Below are positions 1-11,399 of a stretch of 64,000 nt of DNA, piece after piece. A program made the translations under genes and the position numbers. How positions within the stretch are numbered: the stretch's first letter is position 1; every line of letters starts with the position of its first letter. The notes under the pieces are model-generated. The model was not told the DNA's origin. It did not search any database and saw nothing but the letters and a program-made list of their open reading frames with translations. Origin of the DNA: Oikopleura dioica (taxonomy: Eukaryota; Animalia; Chordata); NCBI GenBank assembly GCA_907165135.1, contig OU015568.1, positions 15,635,208 through 15,699,207 of the forward strand. Direction: 5' to 3'.

Positions 1-956
1 GCATTCAAGGCTTCATTCTTGCACTTTATTTACTTTCCAAGGAGTTGTTCGGTATTAACGATTGGCAGGGAAGAGCTAGATGGCTCAAATGGGATTTCAT
101 ATGATTTATATTGTTCACCATCAAATATTATTTTTAAATATAAATTTTGCAGATTTTTATCAATATTATGGTTTTGCTTTTTTTCGTATTTTTCGTGCTC
201 GAACCTTTCCTGGGCAGGAATTGACAGACGAAGATTGGCAATGAGGAGTTGCTTCGCTTCGCATGAGTTCCGAATAATATCATTATCTTTTACGCCATTT
301 CTACTCGATCAATCTCAAGAGTAACTGAGCATTTGCAAGGTGTCCTTCTCAAGTGCTGGAAAATAATGCACTTTCTTCTAAACGAATATTAGCCCGAGTT
401 GCGCAACGGCTCTTGAATTCGAAAACCCCACGTAAGGTTAACAACACTGCTAAAAGCTAAAGAGCTAAACATAAACTTTTTTCTTTCTTTCGCTTTTTTC
501 GAACCCGACTTCTAAAACACAAAATACAGACTCTTCGTTTATGTTTTTCGAAAAAAAAACAATTATTATCTTTGACCTTTGCTCCTTCATAGAAAGTTGT
601 CTGCTAGGTACTACATAAGGTTTTGTAAAAATACTGGAAGGCCCGTTAGAGAGTCGCCAGTACATAACACCTTCTTAGGGTTAAAAAGTCTGTATGAGGC
701 CAATTTAGGGACCCCCCTAGAAGTGCGAAAGTATGTCTTCTTGGAGCAAGTTTTTCTCCAAAACTATCCTAGATACACCCTTAATTTTTATTGGCACTTT
801 TAGATCTAACCCTCGACTACAACCGTTCCCAATATGATGATTTCTCGATATCAAACTTAAGGATATACAGGCCGTTAATGCTCAGGTTGCTAGGAGCAAG
901 CTTTTTTGGGTTTTTAGTTGAGGTATACGGTATACCCTTAATTTTTTCTGGATAGC

Positions 957-1620
957 TTAACAGCCCGAGAAAGAGTAGTTCTTAATCCAGTTTATCAGAA
1001 CTCCGGGCCCACTGGAAGAGGTAGATGAGCTTGGAGGAGGTAGAATTGAAATACGACGGCTATTTTGAATCGCTTGATCCGTTGGCCGCCTTTTAATTGT
1101 TTCAGCATGGCGGCGTTTTGTTTCTTCTAACTCTCTTTTGGTGATGCTCATGGCGATGGCGAAGGCTACTGGAATCAGGAAGACGTTGGAATATGCTTTT
1201 TTGAGGATTGTTAAGAAAGGGTCTTTTCGACAGACAGTTTTGTTGAGTTTTTTAGATTGTGGCTTCCAGTAAATCCACTTTGCCTATCAAAACAGCACAG
1301 AATTCGATTTTCTTCCAGAGCATGTTCTGACTTTCGCCGTGAATGAAGCGGTAGAAGAGAATGTTCAGAAAAGTGATAATCTGCCGCGGTATCCAGCTCA
1401 GGAAAAACGCACCCGTGACGAAGCGGGTCTCAATTTCATTTTTACAAGAAATTATAAAAAAATTGATTGCTTTGCAATTTTTTTAGCCTACCTGTCGCGT
1501 GATGGATTCGGACGACTTTTGCCTCTTTCGAACTTCTGCGTCCATTATTGAGTACGAGTTCTGTGATACCACCCCGCTGATTAGCGCTGGAGATCTGATA
1601 AGGCTTTGGATTGTTGAAGT
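957..1620 (-). CDS. 3' exons of an uncharacterised multi-exon gene (probably extends to ~2900)
   Basis: Open exon ~1283-957 (AKWIYWKPQSKK...FSGC*) after a TTTTGATAG acceptor; upstream exon ending ATG-CGA-CAG|GTAGG near 1490; no family recognised. Confidence 0.35.
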
Positions 1621-1704
1621 TTGCTTCCTGACGTTGACTTCGATTTTGATATTCACCTTTCAGTGGGGATAAAAACGATGAAAATTGCTTGAAAAACGAG
1701 AAGT

Positions 1705-2025
1705 CTAAAATTGTCACGAATGTAACGAAGGTCACTAAAGTCAATAAAAACATTAACCCTTACTCTAACCCTAACCGAATACGTGACATTCGTGACAATT
1801 TTAGTCGCCATTGAATATGTCACGAATGTCACTAATGTCACGATTTACCTGAATATGTCACTAAGAAAAGACATGTTTTCGTTACATTCATGACATTCGT
1901 GACATTCGTGACATATTCTGTGGCGACCAAAATGTCACGAATGTCACGAATTTGGTTAGAATTAAAGTTAGGGTGACGATTTATGCTGATTTTATTGACT
2001 TTCGTGACAATCGTGACAATTTTAG
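1705..2025. mobile_element. Foldback MITE built from 9-bp AATGTCACG/CGTGACATT repeats
   Basis: Inverted ends CTAAAATTGTCACGA / TCGTGACAATTTTAG; internal repeats switch orientation. Confidence 0.7.
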
Positions 2026-2907
2026 CAGTGTTCGAAAAACGAAATTTTATCCCCCAATATAAAGCACAATGAATAAAGGAACGAGCTGCGCCAGAAATCT
2101 AAATTTCGTTAAAAAAGCAACTCATTTTCAATACTCTTTTCCCAGCGAAAAAGTGAGCATAAGCCGGAAAGAAACAAGATTGATTTAATGACCCTTAGTT
2201 TTTAGACGTTTCTAGTTCCACCTAAATATGCGGCTCATAACAAATCTGCTCGACTGAAATTCAGAGAACCACCTCTGTTTTCCAAATATTAGACTTTGGC
2301 AAGGGCAAACAAAGAGAATTTTTATTTACTAACGCGCGAATGAGGTTAGATTTTATTAAAGTTTACGGGAAATTGAGAGAATTAAAAATCATGCAATTCA
2401 ATTTTCAAATTTTTTAGAATAAATTATGAAGTGACACCCTTATTTTTAAAAAAATTGATCTTTTTTTATATTTTAATAAATTTAGAATAAATTTAATTAA
2501 AATCTTATTTTTTAAAATTTGAATTTTAATGAAATTTTTTCACGAAAATTGAGCATGACAACCACCTTAATTCGAATCCAGACTTGTTTAACAAAAGAAA
2601 ACTCCTTACGCAAGGAAAAAATCCACACTCTGAGAAAGCGTCTCGCCGCTTTAGAACCATCTTTTACGTGTTGGAATACTAATCCGTCGTGTTCAGAATG
2701 CTCGACTGGAGCTTATTCTTAGAGTGCCACTGTATACGAAACGTGGTGTTGCCCTTGGTTGTTTGTTACTTTGCGATCCGATTTTGCTGGTTTCTATGGA
2801 CTCAGGTCAAGACCTTCGTTATTTATGCTTCCAAGCCTGCTTTTGACTTTGTCGCTGCTGCTGACGGTGGCTTTGGTAAGTAGAGTTACTTTGGTTGATG
2901 CTGACTG

Positions 2908-3080
2908 GGCTCGGAAACCTGAGTGAAAACCCTGAGTCAGGTTCTGAGCGAGCTAAAATGAAGCAGCTACTTTTCGATAAGGACTGAAACTATATTATTG
3001 AGAAGCCGCTTCGCGGCTTTGTTTGGTGAAAGCCGCTACGCGGCTTTTAACAAGAGCTATTTCAAATCCTGACTCAGATT
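2908..3080. mobile_element. Truncated copy of CTGGGCTCGGCAACC MITE family
   Basis: Left TIR CTGGGCTCGGAAACCTGAGT, CCTGAGTCAGG motif and AAGCCGCNNNGCGGCTT hairpins shared with 34168 and 35102. Confidence 0.65.
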
Positions 3081-4081
3081 TTCCTTCTCAAAAATCACAT
3101 AAAAAAGGGGGGAATGGAAGGTGAGTCGGCCACCCAGACCAGATTTTTAAAAATGATAACAGCTGGAACGTTCTCTCAGCACAACGCGGCTTATCAATCA
3201 TCGCCCAGGGGAGCAAGTGACTGTAATCAGCAGAGGAAATCGGTACGGTGCAGGGCAAAAGGGCCGCATTCGCAAATAAAAATCTGTTTTCAATGGCCCC
3301 TCCTTTCTCTAATCCGTCGTACTAAGAGATAATAATTGTAGTTGCTGCCTTTTACAGTCGATGTTCTTCTTCTCCTCCGGTCTTGTATAGTAGCACATCA
3401 GGGCAACGAGCTTATAGCGCAAATTTTTGGGCTGTAGGGCGGCCACGGTACAAATTTGTACCGCCGTTACAATTTTGTACCGCCGGTACAAGCCAAAAAT
3501 AAAATCCGAGCTAGAATTGAAGGAAACTCCGTAGTAGTTTAGATAAGGTGGAGTGCCAAAACAGTTGTACTGTTCTCAAAACAAAATCTATAGAACTTCC
3601 TTCGTTCTTTCAAATCGCTTTCAAATTTTAAATAATTTAGCAATATTCTCAAAATCTGCTCTCAGTTTGCTGACTTGGAAACAGATCTCATCGAAAAATT
3701 TCCAAATTCGAAGTCAGTGTTCTCTTTGGCCAATGCAGATCTATATCACTCAGCAGGTAGCATTTGGCATTCAAATCAAAATACAACGCTCCCAGCGACT
3801 CTGTTATTTCAATTTCTAAAAAGTGCGCACTGTTTGAACTCCGCCGTGGTTGTGAGTTGTGGTCGGGGCTGGAGATTATTGAAATAAGTTCGCTCAACGC
3901 CCTATCTAACGCACCAAAAGTCTACCGTCATATTTTCCCGCAAAGTCACTGTTGTGGCTTTTTTTCTAAAATGAATCGAGCTGGGAGTTCTGGAAATTCA
4001 TCCACCTATCGTTAGACGTTCGAATTGGAGTTCTAGCTTCTGAAATGATAGTGGAAAGTTTAATCTTATCGAAAATTTAAG

Positions 4082-6635
4082 CGCTGATAACTGGCGGAGC
4101 AGGGGGGATTGGCCGTTCCTGCGCCATCGAGTTCGCAAAAATGGGCATCAACCTTTTCCTCGTCGACTACAGTGCTGACCTCCTTCCAAAAACCGTCGCC
4201 GAAATCAAGAAAATCAATCCAAAAATCCAGATCAAAAGCAAAATCATGGATTTGACCAAACTAATGACGGATAAATCCGCTTACGAGGAGTTCAAAAACG
4301 AGTTGGATTCGGAAAAGATCGGTATTTTGTTTAATAATGCTGGCATAGGAAAAAGGGATGAAAAAAAACAATGAAGAAAAAGATGCTTGTTAGAGACTCT
4401 TTAATTAGAAAAAATGCTGAGTTGAAAAAGTGCGGTTATTCAGAAAACGAGAGCCAATTGTTTTAAATTAAAATTACCATCCCACCAAAGCCGAAACCAA
4501 GCTGTTTAATTACTCCGAAAGCTCGTACGAAGAAATCACGAACTTGGTGAAAATCAACATCGGCGTTCCCGCATTGCTCGACAGAATCGTTCTTCCTCAA
4601 ATGCTAAAGCGGAAGAACGGGCTGATCATGAACATGGGATCTGCTTCCGCAAAGACACCAGTCGGCCTGTTGCCTTTATATGGATCGTCCAAGTCGGGGT
4701 ACACGAAAGATAAACACTTCTAACATTGCTACGGAGTATCTGTCCGGAAAGTACAGTTATTTTCCTCTTTTGTGGACATTTTTTGTCCCATATTTTCTCA
4801 AAAATGTCCACAAAAGTGGGCAAGAGTCTCCAAAAAATGTCCCAACGTAGAGGCTTAAAATTTTTCGCTCCCATTAGTTTCTATCTAAAAACAGCAAATT
4901 TCATCCTTGAAACGCATTTTTCTTGCTTATTTTTTACTAAAGTCGGTTAAATGTTCCTCAAAAGCCACAAATATCTTAGAAAAAAGAAAAGATTTTTGAA
5001 AAAATACGCTATTTTTATCACCAGGGAAAATGTCCACAAAAGTGGAACATAATCTTTGCAAAAGTGTCCCACATAAACCCCTTTAAATGAAGAAAATGTC
5101 CACAAAGTTGGGATCCACAAAAGAGGAAAAAAACTGTATTGACTCAAAGAATACCAAATATGACAAGTTTCTAGCTCTAAACCATAGTACAGAGGGTAGG
5201 ATCGCTAACCTGCGTAGAAAACCTGAGTCAAGATTTGAGAGCTTTACGTTAGAGTTATAAAAGTACCCTCAGCCGTAACAAGGACACACTCCCCTGAGGG
5301 CAAGCCTGGTTAGCTCAGTCGGTAGAGCGTTGGACTCTTAATCCAACGGTCGCGGGTTCGAGCCCCGCATTAGGCTTACTTTTTCTCAATCCCTATTCCT
5401 AACCCCAATAGAGTCAGGTTTTCGTCACAAGTTGACTAGCACTCTTGGAATTTTAAGGCTAGCCAAAATAGGTTCTAAAAGTCTATAATTTTAAACTTTG
5501 AAGTTTCGCCTCTCAAGAATACTTTAACGGAGGAGTCTAAAATTTAGTGGCCTTCAGTGGACAGCAAAGCTCATGTAAACTTTTAAGTCAAGAGGTTGAC
5601 CCTTTTTAAAGTCCTTCATGATTCAGCTTTCGCAAAGTCTACAAGACGCTTATCCTTCGCACGAAAGCGGCATTACATTTCACGTGTTCCATCCACAATT
5701 CATTCGAACGCCAATGACGAAGGTTCTGGACGAAGGTACGCTAGTTATCCGAATTATTTAGATTTTATAGACTTTTGTCTAAGTGGTAATAAGATTGGTT
5801 ATTTTGAAACCAAGCGGTCATTGATGGAGAAAACAAGGAAACTAATCGTGTTATTAAGCCGACTCTTTTCAGGTGTTCATCAAGTGTGTTTTTCGCAAAA
5901 TCGATCTGCGTATTTGATAATTATTATTTCCCGAAGCGCGGTTGAAACAAAGTGAAGCTTTTTGTTTTCCCTAACACAAGGAGTTAATAAGGCTTGCTGA
6001 TGCTCATGCACATTTTGCGTGAAACTTAGGACATGTTTTTGGTTCAAGAAAAATCCACTTATTCGTCAAAATTCGGAATTTTAGACCTATTTTTAGCGGC
6101 AACCTGTGTAGAGAACGCGAGTCAGGTTCCTAAAGAACTTTTACGAAAAGCCGCGTAGCGGCTTTTTTTAAATACGGAGCCGCAAAGCGGCTTCGCCAAA
6201 ATTATAATTTCTATCTATTATATATTGTATATGATATATAACCTATTATAGCGAAGCCTAACCCTAACCCTAACCCTGACTCAGGAACTCTACACAGGTT
6301 GCCGATTCGGCAATGCCGAACCCAAATTTAGATTGGAAGGAGCAAAATAAAATTGCGGAAGCGATCAAAAACAAGTTCTTCCCTGTTGTCGAAGAATGGG
6401 TCCCTTCTGCGCTGAAAATGGTCGGAAGATATGAAACTTCTTGTGGATGGTACTTTCACGAGTTCGCCGGTAAAAAGAGATTTTTGAAGAAAAATTTATT
6501 TTTTTTAAAGTTTGGATGCAACCTGCAACTCAGTTTCTCGGTGCTCTGAAATGGGGATTTTCAAGAGATGCTGTCAGAAAAGCAATGAAGGAAAAACGAC
6601 TTCGAATGGAAAAATGTTCAAAGAAAAAGCAGTAA
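4082..6635 (+). CDS. Short-chain dehydrogenase/reductase, HSD17B12/3-ketoacyl-CoA reductase-like (5' end unresolved)
   Basis: Exons 4082-4348, 4491-~4696, 5612-5735, 6332-6469, ~6511-6635 give ALITGGAGGIG, NNAGI, YGSSK (YxxxK), HPQFIRTPMT, SALKMVG. Confidence 0.85.
4754..5136. mobile_element. Tc1/mariner-type MITE in SDR intron
   Basis: TA|CAGTTATTTTCCTCTTTTGTGGA...TCCACAAAAGAGGAAAAAAACTG|TA; internal GTCCACAAAAG repeats. Confidence 0.7.
5304..5376 (+). tRNA. tRNA-Lys: tRNA-Lys(CTT)
   Basis: Cloverleaf: acceptor GCCTGGT/ATTAGGC, D arm GCTC/GAGC, anticodon stem TTGGA-CTCTTAA-TCCAA, T arm GCGGG-TTCGAGC-CCCGC; T5 terminator follows. Confidence 0.95.
6097..6305. mobile_element. Degenerate CTGGGCTCGG-family MITE containing TAACCC repeats
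   Basis: CGGCAACCTGTGTAGA...TCTACACAGGTTGCCG inverted ends; GAGTCAGG/CCTGACTC; AAGCCGC hairpins. Confidence 0.7.
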
Positions 6636-7639
6636 CCCTAACGATACCCTGATAAAAACGCGCTAGACTAGAGCGGCCTTGATTCACTGATTCAAATAAA
6701 ATAAAGCAAAAATACCTGAAGACGAAATAGCCAGTCTCCCAAGGCACATTCCACTGGCAATAACAAGTGTACTTTGAATTTTGATCGTTCCAGATATTCC
6801 GGCATTTGTCAGGACCATTCGAGTCGAATTTTAGCGGACTTGGATGGATTCAAAAGTTGAAATCAACGAGGACTCATTCCAAAATCAATCACTTCTTTCG
6901 CGCGTTTTAATCTAAGCGAGATGCGAGAGAAATCACTTGATCCTCTGGTGATCCTCTTTTGGCTCATTTCGATCTAAGAATCCGTTTCTTGCACTTGATG
7001 TTTCATTCACCGTTAGTTGCTGGCGATAGTGGCTTATTCAGGGGTAATGCATATTCTGAACTAAATCCAACAATTCCAAAGTTAAATATGATCATCCTAA
7101 ATCGAAGACTTCTGAACTAGAATTTGGCATTTGGTTCCAAACTTCAGAAACTTGACAAAAAATCATGATTTTTGACCTCTGATTCTCCTTTTCTTATAAT
7201 CGAGGATCTATCGGAATAACTGTCAATTCGTATTCGTTACGATCTCTTATAAATTATGCGCCATTAGTAACGCGATAATGGATAGTTTACTCGAGTTCGG
7301 TTGGAGATTTGAAATTAAGGATGTCCACAAGGAAAAAAACTATACGGAACATAGTCAAAATTCCGCACAGAATCATGATGATTGGGGAAAATTGCTGTGG
7401 ACACCCTTAATTCGACGATTTTACTGATTTTTGGGGACCCCCTCTGGTATTTAAAGAAATCAATTAAAATAGTGAGAAACTGTCAGATTTGTCAAAATAA
7501 ATATTTCATCTCTGCCTGTGAAATTGACAAGCTAAGGTAAGATTACTAAGTATTTCGCTGTGGCTAAGAAAAAAAATAAGTCAAGTTCAAGTCAAGTAAT
7601 CCGACAGTTGGAGAAATGCAGATTTACGCGAAAAGTAAA

Positions 7640-9557
7640 TCGCTCATTAATGTCGAATTGGCTGCGATACCCTGTCCAAGCTGTCTATATTGCATTTGCA
7701 CAAGACAAATGGTCAGCGTCGCGGCCCAAGTAGCCAGAGTTGTCTTTACCGAGTGGCTAATCGTTCTCAGCTCGCGCAGCTTTAGCGGGTAAACTGTTAT
7801 CGGGTTAAACTCTGCTCAGCTCGATATTAGTCTCATTTAGCAGCATCAGGAAAGTTCTATAGCGCTTCGTAGATTGTCTCTTTGGCTCAATAAAAATGAT
7901 CTTCTTCGAAAAACACATTCTCAACATTTCTTTAGTTAACCCTTAGCAACGCAGATGTATCTGTCCAGCGAAATCATGACCAAAAAGGCAGTTGATCCAT
8001 ACAAATTCAAAAGGGCCAGGAAACTATGAGTTTTGCACAAGAACCAGCCAAAAATCCAACTTTCGCTTGGGATCATTAATTTTGCGCTTACAACTAAAAC
8101 TTCCTTTTTCTTTGCCTAAGGCTACTACTTAAGGGTACCTGGGTCGAGATGGCCATCTTTGAGGGTAAATTACTACCCTTAATACTTAACGAAAAAAGCA
8201 CCTTAATAGCTGATTCAACAGATCTATCCTAGATCTCGGATCGTGACAGAGCAGTTTTTTCGATTTCAAAAATTTTTTTCAGAAAAAATGCCCTCAAAGT
8301 TGGCATCTCGGCCTAAAATGGCCAACTTTGACGCTAAATTCAGGCGAAAATTTTCATACAAACATTTTCTTTCTTTTTGGATACATAAAGTCTAAAGCCT
8401 CCTCTACAATCGTGACAGAGCAGATATTTGGATTTCAAAGATTTTTTTAACAAAATTTTCAAAAGATTGGTCTAGTCTTCACAAATTCCGCATTTTTGCT
8501 TGGTAAGCTTCCATTTTCCCCGGTTTTGAACAGAATTTAATTTTCTTGGGCAATTTTAAGCTTCACTACGATGTTAACCAGGCCATAAGCTTTCATTTAA
8601 GCCCTTAATCAGCAAAATTGGAGATGGAAAATTTTTCGTCAAAATTTGAGGCACTAGCATTTCCTATAGATTTTATACTTTACAGTGGTTTTTGACCGTG
8701 AAAACGTTTAGATAGCCATAGGGTCATTATAGAGTTTTTTGTTCCTTAGAACCTGTAGAATTGGATTCTTTGGTCAGAAAATGGTTTAAGGGGGTACCCA
8801 AACTCGACCTAGGTACCCTTAATCCTTAATCATTTAGGAACACAAATTCAAGAACGCTGTGCCCAAAAATGGACTAAACCAATTTATAGAAGTGCATTTT
8901 TGGATAACCAATAAGATTGCTGTATTTGTCCTAACAGCCAATCAAAACCCTGATCCATAAAATCGCTTCCATAAATTGGTTTAACCCCCAAAAATAACAT
9001 TGAAAATCGACTGATTTCTAGCCTAAAATCTAGGAAATCGATCCGGTCAAAATATAATCTGCTGCTAAAATTGAAGATGATCCCGGCCCGATTGTTAAGA
9101 ATTTGTTCAATCCACATCAATGGAAGTGCCTGGGTGAACACAACATTCGCCGCTGTCATGTTCAGTAAATATAAATGAGCTTTCATGCAGGATGCATAAG
9201 ATAAGGGTGTACCTACTCCTCTATGTTATCAAACTAATTTGACAGGAGCAATGGTGGATGAATTGATTAATATTTTTTCTGCATCCCGAAGCTACCGCTT
9301 TCTTTTTCTTCCAAACTTGAATGAGTTTTTTAATCAACCAAATGTTTCCGACCATTCCAAAGAGAAAAACAAAAAACTTCGCGGTTTTCATTTAAAAATA
9401 ATTTATTAAAATTTTTTTTTTGAATATTTTTAAGTGCCTTGTTTTGAAAACCTTCATAAACAACCAAGTAAATGTAAGTAAACACATCCAGTCGATTGAT
9501 AAATGTATGATAAAGTCCATCGCAATAAGCCAGGAAGTTCATTCTGTCGAATCCCAT
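7640..9557 (-). CDS. Class A (rhodopsin-like) GPCR, peptide-receptor type; TM1-TM4 identified, 3' end unresolved (probably to ~6700)
   Basis: Spliced exons give VFLFGMVGNIW (TM1 GN), HLYLLNMTAANVVF (TM2), WIFGWFLCK...ISLDRYICV (DRY at 7957-7965), TWAATLTICL (TM4). Confidence 0.8.
8133..8818. mobile_element. Non-autonomous DNA transposon, Kolobok-like (TTAA TSD, GG termini)
   Basis: TTAA|GGGTACCTGGGTCGAG...CTCGACCTAGGTACCC|TTAA; lies in GPCR intron between TM2 and TM3. Confidence 0.75.
8871..8989. repeat. Dispersed repeat, reverse copy of 18408-18549
   Basis: Shared AAACCAATTT...GGGTTTTGA...CAAATACAGCAATCTTATTGG...AAATTGGTTTAGTCC. Confidence 0.75.
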
Positions 9558-10073
9558 TTTCTATCAGTCCCAGCCAAATTCTTCAAGTTCTTGGAGTCTC
9601 TCGTCTTCAATCAAATTCTCTAATGAGGCGTATTCTCGGTAAACGAAGAGGGGGAGCAAGTTCAATAAAACTGCGGAATTGATGAATAAGATATTCATGT
9701 GGTCAGAGAACACAGTTGCACGTGCGCCACCACGCTAAATCCCCTTTCATCCCCAAAGGAGACACCATTTAATGAATTTATTTGCGGTTTTGGTTCTGTT
9801 AATCGTCGGGAGAAACGTTTCATTTTGCGCAATTATTGCCCTGAGTTCATAACTGTATGATACAGTCTGTATCTGTTAACATCTTTACATCAGTTTTGTT
9901 ACACATGGTTTTATTTTCAGTAAATGATGAATTAAATGAAATAAAAATATAACAAGGAATCTATATAACAAGTGTTGAATGAGTACTGCAGATGAATAAT
10001 TGATGTAGATAGATCATAAAACTTATTTGATTTGGACAGATTTTAAACAGGAATAGTAGTTGTTTTTCACGAA

Positions 10074-11096
10074 TCAATAGTCATCGTCTTCCTCTTGATT
10101 CTCGATTTTATCTCGAATGAGATCCTCATTTTCTTTAATCGCCAAAATAGAGTCATCAAAACGGCCATCAACAATTTTTTCTATTAATTTTTTATATCGT
10201 TCTTTCTCCAGTTTATGTTCCTTTTCACGCTGACTTTCCAGTTCGGACACGTGGCAATCAATTTCTTTAATTTTTACATTAAGCTTTTCAATATCGTTCT
10301 GACATTTTTCTCGTTCTTTTCGAAGTTTTTCAATATAAGTGGACATTCTTGCCGATTTCTGGAACGTATGATGATTTGAAAGAAATTCCTGTAGACAAAC
10401 AGAATCTTTTTCCTCTTCGAGAGGCTGATTTTTTAATTCTTCTACTTTTTTCTCAACATTTTCAACGAATTTCATGTAGTTTGTATAAAGCGAATCCTTA
10501 TATTCCGCTTCAAACCAGTCCACTTCAACGGGTTCTTCCAACAGTTTATCCAAACGTTTATCCAAGAAATATGATTTGTCTTTTAGCCAGGCCTCGAAAT
10601 CACACCCATACTTATCAAAGTAGAATTTATGCCATGAGCATTTTGAGAATGTTCCATGTTCTTTTGCTATTTCTACTTCGACAACACCATTCAGACCATT
10701 ATTGAGAGTCGTTTCTATGATTATGCGAACAACGAAGTCTATATCCCTATAGGGGGCTTCCACGATCTTCAATATGAAATTTTTCTGAATTTTTCGTCTG
10801 AAATCGAGCAGAAGATTTGTAAGATCACAAACTGCGTGATACATAACTCGGCATGGGTGAGATAAAAGACCATAAATTTCATCTTTCGATAGAAAATTTC
10901 CCGTTTCGTCTTCTATGACAATTTCTGGTTCTTCAAAACAGTCTTTATGCGGAGAATGCGTATAAACAAAGCATCGTCGTTCTCTATAGAGGAAAATGTA
11001 TGTCTTTCTATAAATTGACATCTTCAAATTTTTCTTACAAACGACAGAAATAATGGACAACAAAAAATTATCACCTCCTTGCAATGTTTGTAGCAC
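10074..11096 (-). CDS. Intronless 340-aa ORF of unknown function with C-terminal E/K coiled coil
   Basis: Longest ORF in window, uninterrupted in AT-rich DNA; real start may be Met26. Confidence 0.65.
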   Translation of the reverse strand: MLQTLQGGDNFLLSIISVVCKKNLKMSIYRKTYIFLYRERRCFVYTHSPHKDCFEEPEIVIEDETGNFLSKDEIYGLLSHPCRVMYHAVCDLTNLLLDFRRKIQKNFILKIVEAPYRDIDFVVRIIIETTLNNGLNGVVEVEIAKEHGTFSKCSWHKFYFDKYGCDFEAWLKDKSYFLDKRLDKLLEEPVEVDWFEAEYKDSLYTNYMKFVENVEKKVEELKNQPLEEEKDSVCLQEFLSNHHTFQKSARMSTYIEKLRKEREKCQNDIEKLNVKIKEIDCHVSELESQREKEHKLEKERYKKLIEKIVDGRFDDSILAIKENEDLIRDKIENQEEDDDY

Positions 11097-11399
11097 ATGA
11101 CGACAATTAGATTTTGGCGGTCTACAACGGTAAATACAGTCAACCGCGCTTTAAAAAAAAGTATCGTGGTGCAATTACTAACCCTCTGTTTTTCTTCTGT
11201 AGAGAGACCTTCTTTTAACAAGAAATTTTCAATCTGACTTGGAAATCCAAGTTTACCCATCCAAACTCATAAAGCTGTAAAAACTTGACGCAGTCTCCGG
11301 AAGCAAATCTGCGCAAGCAGGGTGGCGACGTCTGCATGTTCGTTTTTGCGAGGTGCTGAGTATACTCAAACATTGCGACTGCTTTTACGACAGATAGAG

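Noticed and set aside
19-450. Minus-strand frame IIRNSCEAKQLLIA resembling a BACK-domain end
   Set aside because: Too short, truncated by the window edge, not joinable to other exons.
1705-2025. Regularly spaced repeats (also 4754-5136, 21780-22900) as CRISPR-like arrays
   Set aside because: No unique equal-length spacers; bounded by inverted repeats; eukaryotic context.
8884-9000. PIYGSDFMDQGFDW as the GPCR ECL1/TM3
   Set aside because: Derived from the repeat shared with 18408-18549; the true TM3 exon is at ~7947-8080.
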